A stretch of DNA of 63,847 nt, counting the filler, from Folioceros fuciformis (lineage: Eukaryota): the NCBI GenBank assembly GCA_049999805.1. It is 3 parts of 2 records of this genome, joined end to end, with 100 filler letters (N's around TTAATTAATTAA, not from the genome) between each part and the next. Parts side by side here need not be neighbours in the genome. Positions count along the whole stretch, not along the records: positions 1 to 29,156 come from JBNGIO010006249.1; 2 more parts are not named here. One strand, 5' to 3'. A model generated the notes under the pieces. It was not told where the DNA came from and ran no database searches. It was given only the letters and a program-made list of their open reading frames with translations. Positions 13,101-25,903 of this stretch are shown one piece after another. Position 1 is the first letter of the stretch; the number at the start of each line of letters is the position of its first letter. Made by a program: the position numbers and the translations under genes.

Positions 13101-13270
13101 GTCGTGAGAATCTGGCAAAATAAAGCTGTGCACACGAACAACCCTCGCTGCACCAGCAAATCCAAAGTTTGGACTGTCTCGGTAAGCTGTCCGCTGTCAC
13201 ATGATTTGCTCCAGGTTCCAACCTCCGAGTCTGCTTCCAGACCTGCCCCCCTGGAAAATGCAGGAAACAT
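10115..13270 (-). CDS. PLS-class PPR protein with E1-E2 and truncated DYW (E+ type) organellar RNA-editing factor
   Basis: Intronless ORF of about 1050 aa made of repeated P-L-S triplets (DVVTWNAMLSGYA, VTFVCLLKAC, VGNCLVDMYAKCG). It is followed by P2-L2-S2, E1/E2 and a PG box KEPGLSWIE, then stops with no HxE/CxxC. The 5' start is uncertain. Confidence 0.95.
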   Translation of the reverse strand: MFPAFSRGAGLEADSEVGTWSKSCDSGQLTETVQTLDLLVQRGLFVCTALFCQILTTRVAKKSLAVGRGIHALLVKSGYESHTYFGNHIIRMYSSHGRLQLASQVFSRLVAPDAYSWSSIISAHAEHGHPIQAINLYWQLQKSEVVPDNHTFVAVLKACSAAAHLKSGRQVHADVLQSVVGPDLFVGNCLVDMYVKCGSLEEARRLFSNLVERDVVTWNAMLSGYAREELHEEALALYSGMLQTGIIPGEVTFVILLRACASVGALDHGRHLHMHTQQTGHENDVVIGNCLVDMYAKCGRLDDARQVFDTLAVKDVVTWNTMIAGYAHLGFALESLSLYANMQQKGIPSPNHVTFVCLLKACASIGASHEGKRIHSHIQERGLETDVIVSNCLVDMYAKCGSLADARSVFESMSSRNVVTWNAMLSGYAQHGLGEEALALYATMEQQVAITPVTFVSLLKACASIGALDQGKQLHAQVKERGLESDVVIGNCLVDLYAKCGSLDDARRLFDKLATRDERTWNAMLAGYAQHGLGKEALALYARMQLEGVTPAGDVTFVCLLKACATIGALDQGRQLHTSAQEAGLEPDVTVCNSVIDMYAKCGSLREARRVFDRMPAKDGATWNVMLAGYAQQGHGREALALYTSMSEEGIIPADRITLVCLLKACASIGALREGKILHSHAVELGLESDVAVGNCIVDMYAKCGILDEASKVFDNMVTKDTVTWNTILAAYAKHRLGQKALVLYSGMKQEGMACADNVTFLSLLKACASIASLDEGQQLHLQIQERGLESDTGVGSCLVDMYAKCGSLDAAHGAFMSLGTRDVVTWNAMIAAYAQHGLVHEALQCFDRMQLEGFDPDGVTFLSILAACSHAGLVDKGVEYFKAMNRDHGIRPELEHYVSMLDLFGRAGYFTQLEALLWSMPMQPNLATWLCVLGACRKHGNTALGERAFASAIQLQPKHAAAYKLMLHIYADAGLLDCAKRVERRMKEEGACKEPGLSWIEHGQQARFFMVGNCKHSQDQEVFDMLRKISSACRENLIHPEHQQENSSIL

Positions 13271-15022
13271 GCTCCGCAACGGGTCCAGTCTGCCTCACAG
13301 TCTTCAAAACTGGAAAGAAACCTCTGAGCAGAATCCCAAGTTCTCGACATGACGGGTACCGCCGTAGTAACATAAGAAGGGCATGCCGCTGTAAGAGAGC
13401 AGGCAGAAACAAGGCCAATACATGCAGCTAATATCGCATGTGCAACCCTGAGACGCATCACAAGTGCAGAATTATGTTCACTTGTTGATTCAAAAACTCG
13501 ACCATCCAGAACTGTTGCGACGCTACACGCCAATTCAATGGCAAACATGGCAAACCCTCGAAGTCCGCAAGTGCCACAAGAGCTCGCACTTGTCCAAGTC
13601 ACACAACACTGGCGTCAGAGGCTGAGGCATGTGGTGCGCAAGCAACAATTCTGTCGAGATACTCTACACAGTGAACGTTCCCAGACCGTGATAGTCCGCA
13701 GAACGCTGTTCGCTCACAAATCTATCCCAGTCCTACGCCAGGTCAGTTTCCTAATCTGAGTCCTGTGTGTAAAGTACATCAGCCTGCATTAGCAAGCTCA
13801 GACTCCCAAACTCAGATTCTGTAACATATGCGTGACACTGCATTGACAAGTTGCTCTGCGAAATAGCCTTTCCCAGAGTTGCCATGAATGTGGTCGTCGA
13901 CGGGAGACTACTTCAACAAGATGTCTAGATTCGTCTAGATGAAGCAATGGACCCAGGGTTGACGAGAGGGGGGTCTATGTACAAATGTACGAGTGCATAC
14001 AAAAGCTACGTTGCCAGAGCTGTCAGGAGTCTCAAAGTCACTGTGGGATCACACGGTATCGATGATTCGTCATTGGTCCAGCCATTTTGGCAGAAAAGCA
14101 AGAGGGATCGAAACCGCGGCTGTTAGCAGGCGTTTTTATTAGAGCTCGTTGATGGAGGCCCTGGGTTCCTCGGGTTGAGCGGAGGGCGGCTGGTGGAGTC
14201 TGCCTGTGCCGTATACAGATTTCTGTCTGCCGCCTCATGTCACGTGTCTGACAGCTCTTGCCTTTTCCTCCACTCAGGATTCCACCGCTCTGTTGCTGTC
14301 TGCTGGGCTCTGCTCTTGAGCCTGCACCGATCTTGACGCACAGCCAGGAAGGTGTGCCGGGGTCTCATCAGCACGCCTGCCGCCACAGGCTCTGTACCAT
14401 CACTTTCGGATCGCAAGTCTAGCGCACCCGCCCACCGGGCTGACTGAATTTGCAGCCAGGTGCCTAAGGTTTATGCGAGGTTCTTGCCCACGGCCCGACG
14501 AAGATCTGTCTGGCATTTGCTGAATCGGGTTGAGTGTGCATCCGCCGCCCGATTTGTGCGCGCATTCCAGCTGCCTCAGTTGGGTCTTCCTCAGCGAGCT
14601 GTGAGTGCGCCGCGGGGTGCAGATTGGTCCTGCATGGTTTCCTCTGCGGAGCAATCTCAGCAGTGGGCTGCTGCGTGTGCAAATGCTGGTCAAAGGTAGT
14701 TCTTTGCAGTGCACGGCGGACAAGCTCAAGATTGTGCCTATTTCCCTCATTGATTTCGGGGGAGACTTGGAAGCAGAGGGAATAGCAGGCACGTGTTGGA
14801 AATGTTGGGTCCCAGCGTTGTGTCGTTTCGGCGCCAGCAATCTGGATTCCGATCAATGTGATAGGCATTAGAGAGCAGGAAGCTTGTGGGCTTCACTCGA
14901 TCTCTGCGAGAGCTGAAGGGGTCTGGCGTTCGCTCCTTAGGGATTCTGTGCCCAAGAATTTCGGGAAGGCTCAGCAGCTGTGGGATGCATAGCTGCCGCA
15001 CTTCATCAGGTGCTCGTAATGT

Positions 15023-18000
15023 ATGGCCTTGCACAGACAAGGCAGTGCCAGTCAGCAGCCCAGATCTGTTCCAGAGATGAATGGAGATCACTGGCCGTCC
15101 GGTTCTCAGCGGACGGTCCACATGTTGAGACATGAAGGAAAGGTGGAGCATAAGGCCGCGGTTGGATCTAGACTAGGGAGGCAAGCAGATGCTGGGTATG
15201 ATTATGACGGTGCCAAAACTTCACAGAGAAAGGACACTGCCAAGGGGAAGAGGGCTCTGCGGACTGTAAAGACACGGAAATGCTCGCTGGGTCTCTTCAC
15301 AGTGTTGCTGCTCTTTTTGTTGGGCGTTACCATTTTATTTGGAGACTATTTCTTCGTATTTGGCCGTCCCTCAGGAGGTGAGGAGGCAGTCTCATTGCGC
15401 CTTGTCATTTGCGGGGCAGGTCTTTGTAGGGTGCGCGGGGTAGCCATGCTGTCATGGATTTATGTCTGTCTTGTAGGTGTTGATCTGCTCAAGTGGGTGC
15501 CGTGCCTAATGTGTGTGTAGGTGGCAACAATTCTGGATTCTCAAGTCTTTCGGACCAGGAGGTGAAACCTGAAGCATGTTCTGCGAACTAGTTGTCTGCA
15601 TCTGTAGTTTACAAGCACACGTGTATTCGGTCACCTTAGTGTACCTGTTGACGCTGGGGTTTCTACTCTCCACTCATCCGCATCCGATGTCCATGTGATA
15701 GGTTCAAGCTGATCATCCACATGAAGAAGATGTTGCGCATGACAGCAGGACCACAGTCGAACAAAGGACTCAAGAAGTTTCAGGAGGCCGTTCAGCTGAA
15801 AGTACTTTTGTGTGCCATTAATGCTTGGTGCTGGTCAGTTCAGTTGGAACTATGGGATTCTGATTCTCTGTTCTCTAATGCGGCAGGTGTGCACTTGCTA
15901 CGGGGGCATTCTGAGAAGCGTCTGAGTTTTGGGCAGAATGTCAAGGGACAAGAAGATCTAGGTCAAGATTCTCGGGCTTGGGACTCTGATGACAGGGATA
16001 GGTCTTCTCTCACCTCTATTATTGAGCGGAATGACAAGCTTCGAACAGTTGATAAGGACCAGGTGAAGCGTGATCGTCAGACGAGTGGTGACAAGCACAG
16101 CAGTGGTGGGAATGAACAGGAGCAAGAGGAGGTCGAGGTGGAGTCTTTGCAACAGTCACAGGATTCTGTTGGCAGCCTAAACTCAGGACTGTATAATGAG
16201 AAAGGTAGGAAAGAGCTCCGGATGTATGAAAAGCAGTTTGAGGCTGCATTGAAAAAGGAGTTGAGTCTGCGTTCAGGTGCCAATGCTAGAACGGAATGGA
16301 ATGGGGACACGTCGGGGGTGGACAAAGAACTTCCTGAACCTAGAGAAGTGACAGAAGGTGTCGACCCGAAAAGTTTGAAACAGACTGGACACACTGCAAA
16401 TGATCGGAATACATCTGGGTCCAAATCCTCTGCCAGTGAGGAAGATGAATATGATGATTATGGTGGGGAGGCCGGAACCGTTACTAGGAAGGATATCGAT
16501 GATGACTCGGAAGAGGAAGAGAAAAGTGAAATTGATGCAGAGAAAGGTGAAGAGATCAGCGGAGGCGATACACTGTTCGCAGGTTATCTCAACAAAAGCG
16601 TGAACTTGGAGTCTGTGAACGTGAAGGTACCATCCAGTGCCGAACTGCAAGGATGCTTTTATGTTGGAGATGCCTGTTGCGATGGGTTTGTGCCATCTCA
16701 ATCTACCAAGCACATGCTGTAGCTAGAGGTGAGCTGATACAGTTTTATGTGTTTCCAGGCGGAGCGCTTAGGACACAGTAAGATCATTACTGACAAGCCA
16801 CTGAAGCCAAAGAAGCGGCGAGTCGGTATTTATCTGACCAGCATCATCTCTGGATATACGTGTGGAAACCTGTCTAGAGGCTGACCAACACCATCAGCGC
16901 AAGTAATGTCCAGTGTTTTTTTTGCAGTGCCTTGCGAGATTCCGTTTGCCAATATAACTTTGGATATCAACGAGCCTGAGGATACTTCAAAGTTTGCAAA
17001 TTTCAGCCTCCAGTATATCCAAAGAGAGGAACGTCCGGTAGATGAGCCAGATTGGGAGCCAAGATTTGCCGGGCATCAGAGTATGGGTGAGAGGGAGAAG
17101 TCCTTCTTCGCATCTAGTCAAACCCTCCATTGTGGGTTCGTCCAAGGGCCGAAAGGATATCCAACCACTGGATACGAAATAAGTGAAGCCGACAAGGAAT
17201 ATCTGAATTCATGTCGGTATGCAGTCTCATCAGGCATCTTCAACAATTCAGACCACATTAGATCACCCACCATGAAGAAAGTAAGTATGGAATTTTCACT
17301 CATTGGCTGCATTTTCTTCTTTTGCTGCATTTCTGAAGCATGTCCACCTCTGCGTGGCAGGTATCCCCGTACTCAAAGAACAACGTATGCTTTGTTATGT
17401 TCGTGGATCAAAGTACTCTAGATGTCATGATAGAGGAGAAGCAAGGTCCGAACTTGAAAGGCAGAGTTGGCTTATGGAGGGTTGTGTTGGTGAAAAATAT
17501 GCCATTTAACGATGGGCGGAGGACGGGCAAGGTGCCAAAGCTTCTAACTCACAGACTATTTCCATCTGCAAGGTTTGGAGTCTCACTCATGTACTTGCTT
17601 TACACAGAGGGAGATTTTACACTGCTCAGCTGCATGCTTGATGCTTACCAGATACGATGTGCCCGTGCCTAAATTTCTTTTCTGTCCAACGGCAGATATT
17701 CTATTTGGCTGGATAGCAAGTTGCGGCTCCAAACGGACCCAATTCTCATCTTTGAGTATTTTCTGTGGCGGAAAGGAGCTGAGTATGCAATATCGAATCA
17801 CTACGATCGGCACGACGTCGGTGAAGAAGTCTTGCAAAACAAGAAGCTCAACAAGTTCAACCACACCATCATAGATGAACAGTATCGGTTCTACCAACAA
17901 GATGGACTCACCAAATTCAATGCGTCGGATCCGAAGAGGCTCTTACCAAGTTGTAAGCACTTTCTCAGATGTGTTGCCAGTGAAGGCGGCCCTTGTTCAA

Positions 18001-18423
18001 CTGCAGCTCACCATAATGATGTGTTGTGCCAGATGTTCCAGAAGGATCCTTCATTGTAAGGGCACACACTCCCATGTCCAACCTTTTTTCCTGCCTTTGG
18101 TTCAATGAAGTGGACCGGTTCACGCCCAGAGACCAGCTGAGTTTTGCGTACACCTATTTGAAGCTCGTGAGGATGAACCCACAAGTCCCATTCGCTTTCC
18201 ACATGTTTAAGGTAAGAAACCTCGCCATGCCCAGCTAATTTACCTCAGGTTGCATTGTTCAATCGGTGCCTGTCAAGGGCCTTCCACTGATCCATCCTAC
18301 CGCTCCTTCCTTCTATCACAGGATTGCGAAAGAAAGTCCCTGGCCAAACTCTTCCGCCACAGACACGAGGACAAACCAACAGAGGTGACTGCAGCTACAG
18401 AAACCTCCTCCCAATTGCGGTAA
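15023..18423 (+). CDS. DUF616 (TOD1/MUCI70 family) type-II membrane glycosyltransferase-like protein, multi-exon
   Basis: N-terminal TM helix and acidic stem, then LHCGFV, RRTGKVPKLLTHRLFPSARYSIWLDSKL, YAISNHYDRH, VPEGSFIVRAHTPMSNLFSCLWFNEVDRFTPRDQLSF and DCERKSLAKLFRHR. Confidence 0.9.
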
Positions 18424-19656
18424 TCTATTAAGCCTGAGAAGCTTCAGATCCCATGGGTCTCGGCACAACAAATCATTTTTGGGTTTTGTGGAAAAAACGC
18501 ACCCACCCATGCAGCATAATGTCTTGATGCTGGCTGCTGGACCACCCATGTTCGGCAGTCGGCAGTATCTACTGTAACTGACTGTGGTTAGGTTGGTGTG
18601 GTGGGGGAAGGAGACGCAGTGCAGGACTGATCAGGAGTGTGGTGTGTGGACGAGTTCTAGCTAGTACCTCCATGTTCCTCATAATGCGTGCCCATGGGGG
18701 GCTCAGGATGTGGCAGGGTCCGTCAGATCTGGTAGGAATGCATTTCCACTTCGTGCGTCTCTGTCAGACAAGGAATCACGTGATCCCTCCTCATTAATCA
18801 GGAGCATGTGGTGCTTAGGGTTCAAATTCTTCATGGCCTCGCAACCGTAGATGTACGAATGAAGCTCTTGTTTTCTCTAAATCTCGGCACGCCACGTCCA
18901 GCCAAGGAATGTCCTCATGAAAAGCGACCGGGATAGACCTGGAGTGTGCTGGACGCATCATGTCTGTGCCAGTTCGACCGCCTAGCATGCTATCTCCCGT
19001 CTCGGTGGCCTGCCTTGGCCTCGACGAAAGCTTGGAGAAGCTCGCTCTTGTTTCTTCAATCAGACGACTTGACACAAAGTGTCCTGCGCCGTAGTTTCGT
19101 GTCCCGTTTGGCAAACCACAGCGCGTTACTGGGTTGTGTGCTACAGGAAGCCGGGCCCCTTCGAACACTTCAACGCGGATCGGAGTTTGGGTCCCGCGGT
19201 TGGCTCGAGTCTGGCCAAGCCCACTCCAGAGCACCCCCGCTCTCCCGATCCATGCACTTTCCGGTTCTGGGTCTTGCCCGATTTGGCATGCTGTGGGCAG
19301 AGGAACTCGCGCATGTTGAAGCGGATTTTCCCGAAAGCAGGGTGCAGGCTCGCAGTGGAGCGTGACGTTTTCCCACACGGATTTCCTTGATGCAGTAGGT
19401 TGCATCTTGCTGTGTGCCGTGCTGGGAATTTCGTTTGGAGGATACTGGGTGTTGAGGATCTTGCTGCCGACCAGCTTTGCTCTATTTGTGTTGCGTGTTG
19501 CCAGTAAAGTCGCCCACAGCCCAGGAAAGTAAGTGGGGGGGGGGGTACCTCGGCGCTCTCCGCTTTCATTTAGAGATCCTCCTGCTGTGTTCGATCTCTG
19601 GGTGGGTTCGAATCCCGCTAACTGTTGGTGTTGGGCATGTAGAGCCTTCAATTACG

Positions 19657-22598
19657 ATGGGAGCGGGGCCATCGAAGGACGAGCAGCTGTACAATGCCGT
19701 GCAGAGTAATAATCACAACGCAGTTAAGGCGTTGCACCGGGAGGGAGCTTCGTTGGAGGTGGGTGTGTCTCGCTCAGCATGGCCTGGTCCTGGGCCTAGG
19801 TGCATGTTTTCTTTTCTTTCAGGGAATATGAAAAACTGTTGAATTCCCTCGCCTCTGCATGATGCGCAGTGGGTGGATAAGGAAGGAAGAACACCGCTGA
19901 TTCTGGCGTGCACACGAGGAGACTTGTTCGATATGGTCATACTTCTCCTCAGCTTGGGTGCGAATTCGAATGTGTACAGACCTGGTAGGGATCCTTCCTA
20001 CGCTTCCCGTGTCCACATAATTCATGCCGCCGCATTTGCGTCAAGTTGAATGTGATGGGAGTGCCCTGTGAGTATGCAGGGGCGCATGGAGGCCTTCCTC
20101 TCCATCATGCTGCTAAAAGGGGCCTAGACAAGACTGTGTTGCTTCTTCTGAGGAATGGAGGTGAGGAGTTTTTGGTTATGCCTTCTTGCGCCAGCTGTTT
20201 GCCTCTTTGTTGCAGGAAATGGCAGGCTTCGGCACCACATGCCCTGTCGTAATCAGATTTATCCCTCCTACCTCCTAAATGGTTTTGGTCTTGTGCACAG
20301 CTGACCCGTTGGCAATCAATGACGATGGATTAAGTCCCTTGGATATGGCAAGGGCTAGAGAGCATGTGACTATTGTGCGAAGAATAGAGGTACGCCTTTG
20401 AATTTCGAAAGACGGGAGGGAGGAGAGCTGAGAGTTGCGGTACTTATGCTTGTTGCGCACAGAAGTGATGTCTGCTCTGCTCGTGGTAGCAAGCTGACAA
20501 ACCCCGTGCTCCTCAGGACAAAATTTGCTTGTTCAGTGGTTTTGTGCGAGAGCAATCGGGTCCTGGATTTCTGGAAGTCATAGCCCCTCAGTGGGTCACT
20601 AAGAAAGTGTGAGACGCCGATATATCAGGCCTCCTTCTCAATGGATTTTACCAAATTGGCATCTTCTAGTCCGGCTTCAAAGAAGCGTATATGCTGGCAG
20701 TTATGAGTAGCTGAAGTTGGTGCTTGGCTGCAATGCAGTTGGGCTGTTGTGCTACCAGCTGAAACCCCCGACCCAAGAAGGCCGCCCAAGTTTGATCTTG
20801 TCATCTACCAGTCGCCAAAGGTTGGTTCATAGTTTTGGACCTTAAGCACATCTGTGGGTTTGGTACAGCTGAATCTGCATTCTTGAAGTCAATACAGTCC
20901 ATTTCCAGTTTACCATCTTAGAAGTTGGGGAGCTTGTGCTGGTGTTTTCTGTGGGGCTTGATGTATATACTGTGCATTTGTGCTAGTTCAGGTGAGCCTA
21001 TGGAATGGAGTGAATGCTACACCTTCGTCTCATCCTGCTGGCCCCTGCAATGTTAGTATGTTATTACCGCTTCTGTCTCATAAATCATGTCGTATCACAA
21101 TATGTGTACTCCTGATTGTACTTCTGCTTGAGGAAATGGATTTGTTTCTTGGAATGGCCGCTAGTTCAGCATGTTATGGGGACTCATCTTGCAACTCTCT
21201 CGTTTGCCAGGTTGCTGTTCCAAGAACAGTCTTGCACCTTTCAAAGTGTGAAATTGAGGAACCAAAGTTCAGCACGGCATCACCACAGCTGCTGATCACT
21301 GAAAGGAGCACAAGTATGGTTGCAATGCTACCTGCCAAGTTTTGGTTTACCTCATCTCTGGTTCCGGAATTGTTGTGCCTTGCCGCTGGCTTTGCATGCC
21401 CTATTGTCTAACATTGTGGCCATTTCTGTGGCCATTGCTAGCAGAAACAAAGCACAAGTTTCTTTCAGAGATGGAAGGTGACAAAGCTCAGCTGGAAAGA
21501 TTCTGGATGGCATGCAAGGGTATACAGCAGGTATATTGTAAAACTGCGGTGGTTTTGACAGTTCGGGCTCCGACCCTTACTTTAGCCTAGGCGTTCATCC
21601 TTTCTACTTTGTACAATGTGTAATTATCTGTGAAATGTTTTGACCAGGCAAGGATTCCAGGGCACTCCCAGCATCCTCCACCTCCTGCAGCCTCCGTGCA
21701 AGGGCCACCACAGATACAGGGTCCCAGGATTCCCTCGAATACAGCGAGGCCAGTTCCAGCTCCAGTTAAACCTTCTGGACAAACGAGTGCAGGGCCAGGA
21801 TTAGGAGTCAAGCTAGCCCCTGATCCGCAGAGTCAGATGACAGAGGATGTTGCTTTGTCCATGGCAATCGATGCATCGCTTCGCACGGCCTCAGAAGAGG
21901 GGTTTCCCCTTTCTCCAAGTGCATTCCGCCAGTCTCTTGACTCTAATGGATGGGGTGATACTGCAGAAAGCAGCTATTCCGGATGGGGACCTCCGGAAAG
22001 CAAGAAAGCAAGCCCCCCTTCCAGGACCAGCTACGGTGGTTGGGAGGCTGAAAAGCAGAGTGCATACAACGGCTGGGCATCTCCGGAAGAAACAGGGCCA
22101 GGCAGAAGAGGTTCTGGAGATGCACTGCCCCATGTTCCAGAAACGGTGCAAGAGGCGCTGCCTCATGTTCCTGGAACGGTACAAGAGGCCCATCACGTGG
22201 ATAGCTCAGGAACCAGGATTCACAGCTCTGCAGCAAGTCCTCCAGCTCCCGTATCCTCTCCATCGGCTCCACCTCTTCCTTCACACTATATGCCTCCTGC
22301 AGAGTATGATGGTCCAATTCATTATCCGTCCATTGACACCTCTCCAGTGAAGGTCGACTACACTCCGATAGTGGGTGCTGTTGACAAGGTTCCCGATGAG
22401 AGTGCGAAGAAAATCGAGCAGGAGAAGGCTGGAGGGCTGTGCGTCGTATGCTGGGATTTGCCAGCTGTTGGTGTTTGTATCCCTTGTGGTCACCTTGCAG
22501 GCTGTATGGATTGCCTCTCTGAGATTAAAGAGAAGAATTGGGGATGTCCTGTTTGTCGAGCTCCAATCGATCAGATAGTGAGGGTATTTCAGGTTTGA
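19657..22598 (+). CDS. XBAT34/35-like ankyrin-repeat RING-HC E3 ubiquitin ligase, multi-exon
   Basis: MGAGPSKDEQLY start (myristoylation-like MG), ankyrin repeats (WVDKEGRTPLILAC, GGLPLHHAAKRGLD), EDVALSMAIDASL, PSAPP, GPIHYPSID, and a C-terminal RING CVVCWD...CIPCGHLAGCMDCL...CPVCR. Confidence 0.9.
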
Positions 22599-22886
22599 GC
22601 TTGGGCTTAGGTTTCGGGAGGCAACTCTACTGGGCTTCTCCAAGAAGAGTGTGATTGCCTATCCTCACAGATCAGACGGCCTCCTCGTGGAGTTTGCCCA
22701 GTGTCGCTCAGTAGCTTGTGTTTTGTAATTATGTATCTAAGGCAAAAGTACAGGGGTAACGATTCCTCCAGTAGTGTTGCCAACAGACCTTCTAGAATCT
22801 GGGGGCCGATGCCTCTTACAAGAGGCTGATACTCTCTGACATTGTTCCTGATTGGCAAGGCTTGCCCCAGCCTCCTCACTCTGCGT

Positions 22887-23500
22887 TCACATAGCATCAA
22901 TCATTCGTCTCATTTCCTTCCTTTTCTGCTTGTCCGGCTCTAGCATTACTCTTTCTGTTAGAACTTGCTTAATGCGGCACATCGATTTCCGGACCTGCAC
23001 GAAAAGGACAGGACCATCGCATTGGTATCCTGTCGAACTTCCAAACACCACTCCACTTCCGACAAGGCAGAGGCACAACGCAAACCTTCGGCATTCGTTC
23101 CGGATTCGGCATGCGGCGTTCAGCTTGGATGAAGAATCGGCGTTGAGTGAGCAGAACATTTTTCTCCTTCAGCAGCACGTACCATAATTTTTGCAAGTCA
23201 TCCCACGACTTCAATCTCAACTCTGACGCCTTCCAGCCCCTTCCTGACCACGGGCAAGACTAGGCTCGGTCATCATGTCAGGCTACCATTTCCACCACAA
23301 GGAAAGGGCTCATGGACAACTCTGGACAACTCACCATAAGTTGCTGGCGTAGACTTATCATGCAGCTCCTCAGATTCGAAAAACTCGGCCAGGCCAGCCA
23401 AGCCTCGAACAGAGCTCTCACAACCTAGCCTGGAGGAAGCTGTTGCCGGAACTGTAGTATTCCTCAGCAGAAGGCGTTGTATTGCCCGCACAGCCATCAT
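22887..23500 (-). CDS. MRPL47: mitochondrial ribosomal protein L47 (uL29m), 3 exons
   Basis: Presequence [13 protein letters not shown]..., then [34 protein letters not shown]...[22 protein letters not shown]. Confidence 0.92.
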
Positions 23501-23859
23501 TTTCACCAATTGAGCTCATAAATCTGTCGCCGATCTCCAAAACAGCTGCAACAATTGCATCAACAACAAAAATCTTGGTGAGCTGCCTCTGCTTGACGAA
23601 ACAAAGGCCATGCACTCGAATCAGAGGGTGCGAGGACATACTTCCACCTGGTAAGCCAAGCTCCGGAAGTTAATCAGGATTCCACAGAACGAGACTATCC
23701 ACGTTCTGGGCGTACTGACTCCCTGAACCCTAATTCAGACGCTTACCTGATTAAACTGTCTACATCCGCTTTAGCCATTAAATTCTTACAGAAAGTCCGA
23801 CGACTTTCAAGCATGTCCTACTCGCTACCGGATTTGAAATCAGCTATTACAAGAACAGG
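23501..23859. promoter_or_regulatory. short bidirectional promoter/UTR region with a telo-box-like AACCCTAA near 23726
   Basis: About 360 bp between the divergent start codons of MRPL47 and the zinc-knuckle gene. Telo-boxes are typical of plant translation-related promoters. Confidence 0.4.
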
Positions 23860-25903
23860 ATGACAAGACGTTCGAGCAATCTGTCTCGCAGCCCTACACC
23901 AACTTCTGAGGATGACCAAGACGAGGGAAATGCCGATCTCAGTCTCCACATTGTGAATGACGCACTGCACGGCAGGTTTTTTGTGAACCGAGAAGCAGCC
24001 GTGGGACTGGTGGAATCTCATTTGGCTGGCTACTCTGGGAAGTGGCAGGATCTCTACTCCTCTGCGTCAGGGTCGGTGGGCGTTGGGCAAGCCTTACCAG
24101 CTCACAGCGGTCATTCTGATCCAGGACGTGGAGATGGGGCACGGGCTTGTAGCCCTGGTAGTCCGTTGCAAACCACAGAGCCTACCAAAGGCAAAGACGT
24201 GAAGGGCAGCGTGAATCATTCGAAGAGGTACTCTGTGCGGAAAGGGCTGAGTTCAAAGGAGGGGCAGTTCGTGGATGACGAGAGGGGAAGGGGGATGCTG
24301 CAGGTTGGTTTCTTCTGAGGCAAAATCTAGTTGCTCTAGAAGTTCCGTTGTTGGGTCCTTGGAAGCTTGGCAGCCCATGAAATTACGAATTACATCAATT
24401 GTATTTGTTGTATAGGAATGTGAGGGTCCGTCTGCAGAGGTGAATGATGACGCTACGGCACTCCATATCATGGCCGATACTGTGGTTGAACGTTTGGCCA
24501 CTCACGAGGTTGCCAATGCTGTGGGCACTAAAGAAACGGAGCAATCTATGACCCAGGACGTGGTGGTGGAAGACAATGCCGTCATGCGCAAGTTACTGGT
24601 GAGTCTGTTTGCATCTTAGCAGCGGTGACTGAAAACTGACGGCTAACCATCCAGACTTTTTTTTTGTTCAGCGTGGGCGTCGCTACTTTGACCCCCCAGA
24701 TGAGCACGAAGCAACTTGCTTTAACTGTGGTAAACCTGGACACCAAGAGGCCGAGTGCCGTGAAGAACGTAGGATACGTCCATGCTATATATGTGGTGAT
24801 TTGCAACATGAAGGATGGCATTGTCCTCAGGTATACGTAGTGAAGATATCCGGGAGATTTTTCACTGGAGTGTGCAGCGGGTGATTCTATCCAATCGTAC
24901 AAGCTCGGTTTTGACTGTGCAGAAAATAAAATGCTTTGCTTGTGGAGGGTTTGGGCACATTGCAAGGGCTTGTAATGTGGGACGTGGTAGGGCGATGTGC
25001 CTGAAATGTGGAGACTACGATCATCTTTTACCAAGATGTCGCAATCACTATAGCAGAGAAGATTTGCGGGTTGGTGCCTAGCTTATCCTAAGACTTCCTG
25101 AACTGGGACAAAAGATCTTTCCAGAAGGCCTCTTAATGTGTTCCTGATGGCTGCAGCAAGTTAGGTGCTATATTTGCAATGCTTATGGTCATTTGTCCTG
25201 CAAGACTGTCTTGGATGACCAACCGACAAGGTTGTCATGTTATAACTGCGGTGAAGTGGGACACGCTGGCCATGTAAGTTTGTCTTGTCAGTACCTAGGT
25301 GCTGTTTGCATTTGCTGCCTCAGGTCCCTTCCGAGGAGCTGGCTAAGCGGAAAGTTATCTCTCTGTTTTCCAGGAATGCAGAGGGAATGGGTCAGGACAT
25401 GGCCGGAGAGAGCTATTGCATGGAACTGAGGACGAAAGGTCTGGACGGGGTGTTAGGAGACGGCATGTACTATTTTCTGAATCCTTATCTTGGCTGCAGT
25501 GGTTCGCTTGTCAAGGATATTATTTTGTGAGAATCAATGTATGCAAGCTTACGAATTTTGACCCGAAACAAATTTCCATGCTTTGGACCTTGCCAAGCTA
25601 CAGATCTCAAGACGTGAGCGGTGGAGGGATGCTGAACGTTCTCGATCTCCTGAAAGGGTTGATCAGTCTCACAGACCATTGCCAGAGACCCAGAACTATT
25701 CCTCAAGATGGGGAGGAACGCAGCCTAACGGAGACCCTGATAAGGATGCTGATGTTGGTCCTTCTAGAAAGCAGAGCCAGCATGAACATAAGAGACAGCG
25801 ACCCCATGAATGGAAGAACGAGCGCCATCATGGACGATCCCCGAGTCGTAAATTTTCAGAGCATGGTGACAGCCACAGGTCCCCAAGGCATGGCCGCCAG
25901 TAG
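23860..25903 (+). CDS. multi-CCHC zinc-knuckle protein, AIR1/AIR2 (ZCCHC7)-like, multi-exon
   Basis: DNAVMRKLLRGRRYFDPPD followed by knuckles CFNCGKPGHQEAEC, CYICGDLQHEGWHC, CFACGGFGHIARAC, CLKCGDYDHLLPRC, CYICNAYGHL and CYNCGEVGH, then an RS/RH-rich tail. The 3' end is uncertain. Confidence 0.8.

Noticed and set aside
19602-19618. tRNA T-arm/B-box-like hairpin GTGGGTTCGAATCCCGC
   Set aside because: No matching acceptor stem, D-arm or anticodon arm upstream; it lies in the 5' region of the XBAT35-like gene.
18815-19651. 278-aa minus-strand ORF
   Set aside because: No recognisable motifs; it overlaps the GC-rich promoter/5'UTR of the XBAT35-like gene and is probably a chance ORF.
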